Of a DNA stretch of 57,647 nucleotides, positions 56,422 to 57,647 are shown piece by piece (position 1 is the first letter of the stretch; each line of letters starts with the position of its first letter). The notes under the pieces are model-generated. The model was not told where the DNA came from, searched no databases, and saw only the letters and a list, made by a program, of their open reading frames with translations. Source of the DNA: Candidatus Parcubacteria bacterium (lineage in GTDB: Bacteria; Patescibacteriota; Minisyncoccia; Phycocordibacterales; JAKAEA01); assembly GCA_963806325.1 (NCBI GenBank), contig CAWDXL010000019.1, forward strand, positions 1 to 57,647, written 5' to 3'. The translations under genes and the position numbers were made by a program.

Positions 56422-56459
56422 GTTCGAATCCCTTACCCATTGACCCCTCCGAGGTTCGA
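56422..56459 (+). repeat. Degenerate tRNA-Ser 3' fragments (att-like scars)
   Basis: GTTCGAATCCCT repeats 56340-56351; CCCCTCCGAGGTTCGA resembles 56330-56345. Confidence 0.55.
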
Positions 56460-56482
56460 GCTCTGCTTAAATTTTATTTTTG

Positions 56483-56491
56483 TGCTATAAT
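56483..56491 (+). promoter_or_regulatory. Extended -10 promoter of the ncRNA-RT unit
   Basis: TG-C-TATAAT consensus. Confidence 0.7.
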
Positions 56492-56814
56492 TTGAATATT
56501 CTCTGACAATTCCATAACCCCTTCGACACCGTCTTCTCATGAAGACTCTCCTTCATTGGAGACTAACCACTGTTTTCCCGACAATTACACACGTTGGCGT
56601 GAAGGTTGTAGGTAAAAGTTTTCGCCTGAAAGGGCGTAGACTGTAACCTTAAACCTGCATTACGTTCGTTTCGTTCAATGTATGCATATTCCTGAGTGAT
56701 ATATTCAAGCTGTGAGAACAGTTTGAAAAGGTCGAATTATTAGAGTAATTTTTGAAGGGGTTGCTATCAGGTTAAAAACTGGTAGGCCTCTTCAAATACA
56801 TTAACCAAATTAAT

Positions 56815-56967
56815 ATGGAAAAATTTTTAGCAAAGATGAAAGTCTTTGCAGAGATACAGAGTGTCTCGTTAACCATCTTAAAGCGGTTCGGGTACATAGT
56901 CTTATGGGTAACCATAATCATTAGGTATTTGTTACACACGCTTTGCTTTCAAACTCGTCGTCTTTAA
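56815..56967 (+). CDS. Possible 50-aa hydrophobic peptide embedded in the structured RNA
   Basis: MEKFLAKMKVFAEIQSVSLTILKRFGYIVLWVTIIIRYLLHTLCFQTRRL*; AT-rich leader. Confidence 0.35.
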   Translation: MEKFLAKMKVFAEIQSVSLTILKRFGYIVLWVTIIIRYLLHTLCFQTRRL

Positions 56968-56990
56968 ACTCAAGACGGCGTTTTGTTTTT
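56956..56990 (+). terminator. Intrinsic terminator directly before the RT start codon
   Basis: CGTCGTCTT-TAAACTC-AAGACGGCG then TTTTGTTTTT. Confidence 0.65.
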
Positions 56991-57647
56991 ATGAGAAAAA
57001 TATTTCATTCAAGACCTGATCAAAAAATTCTCTCTGTAGCAGAGCTTTCAACAGTATTAAATGTTTCTGAGAAAGATTTGTATAGATACGCTTCAACGTC
57101 TTCTTATTTTTATAATCAAATTCGATTGAAAAAGAGAGACGGAAATATTCGCATCATTAACGCCCCCTCAGAAGGGCTTAAAAAAGTACAAAGATCAATT
57201 CTTTCAAATTGTCTTAGTAAAAATAGGTTAATGAAATGTGTATACGGATGTTCTTCTGGTAAGTCAATTATCGAAAACGCAAAATCACACATGTGTTCAG
57301 AAAATATGATTAATTTTGATATTAATGATTTCTTTCCTAGTATTCATCACACGAAGATACACCGGCTATATCTAGATATTGGCTGCTCAAAAGAGGTTGC
57401 AGAAATGCTTTGTAAAATTACTACTCTTGATTATGTTCTTCCTCAAGGGTCTCCGACCAGTCCTTATATCTCGAATCTTGTTTTAAAAAACTTAGATGTA
57501 AGAATACTATTGTTAGCAAAGAAAAATAGACTCACTTATACACGGTATTTTGATGATATTACTATATCTGGAACTGATAGAGTATATTCTCTAAAAAATA
57601 CCATAGAAAAAATAATAATTACTGAAGGATACAAAGTAAAAAGATCA
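56991..57647 (+). CDS. Retron-like reverse transcriptase (3'-truncated by the window; not in the ORF track)
   Basis: 219 stop-free codons: KKRDGNIRIINAP..LKKVQR, NAKSH, FDINDFFPSI, LPQGSPTSPYISN, YTRYFDDITISG. Confidence 0.93.
   Translation, partial: MRKIFHSRPDQKILSVAELSTVLNVSEKDLYRYASTSSYFYNQIRLKKRDGNIRIINAPSEGLKKVQRSILSNCLSKNRLMKCVYGCSSGKSIIENAKSHMCSENMINFDINDFFPSIHHTKIHRLYLDIGCSKEVAEMLCKITTLDYVLPQGSPTSPYISNLVLKNLDVRILLLAKKNRLTYTRYFDDITISGTDRVYSLKNTIEKIIITEGYKVKRS

Larger units (their letters stand above)
56498..56990 (+). ncRNA. Putative large structured ncRNA associated with the reverse transcriptase
   Basis: About ten hairpins, four GNRA loops, long-range pairing 56515-56526/56752-56763; bounded by a promoter and a terminator. 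Confidence 0.65.

Noticed and set aside
56272-56490. 72-aa ORF METWWSG...
   Set aside because: It is a translation of the tRNA-Ser gene.
56991-57647. RT as a group II intron maturase or DGR RT
   Set aside because: It has NAxxH and QGSPTSP rather than group II QGGxLSP/YADD or DGR GNxxSQ motifs; no TR/VR pair is visible. A downstream intron domain V cannot be checked because the window ends.

Overview
The window looks like a Patescibacteria (CPR, Parcubacteria-like) chromosome segment. The assignment is inferred from the missing rpmD, AT-rich leaders without Shine-Dalgarno motifs, a VirB4/VirD4-like ATPase and many large Ser/Thr-rich peptidoglycan-binding surface proteins. It carries the end of fusA, tuf, the S10-spc ribosomal protein cluster through secY-adk-map, ndk, infC-rpmI-rplT, a cold-shock gene, smpB-ssrA, ftsH, recG, mutY, a probable 6S RNA, tRNA-Ile(UAU), tRNA-Ser(GCU) and a block of surface/membrane genes. 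Many genes, including essential ones, have single-base frameshifts that are most likely sequencing or assembly indels. The most striking feature is at the right end and is absent from the ORF track. Just downstream of tRNA-Ser and two degenerate tRNA 3' fragments lies an extended -10 promoter, then a ~490-nt densely structured RNA with about ten hairpins and four GNRA tetraloops, an embedded 50-codon hydrophobic ORF and a terminator. A retron-like reverse transcriptase with NAxxH and an atypical YFDD motif follows immediately and runs off the window. This is a candidate uncharacterised RT-ncRNA (retron/DRT-like) system.
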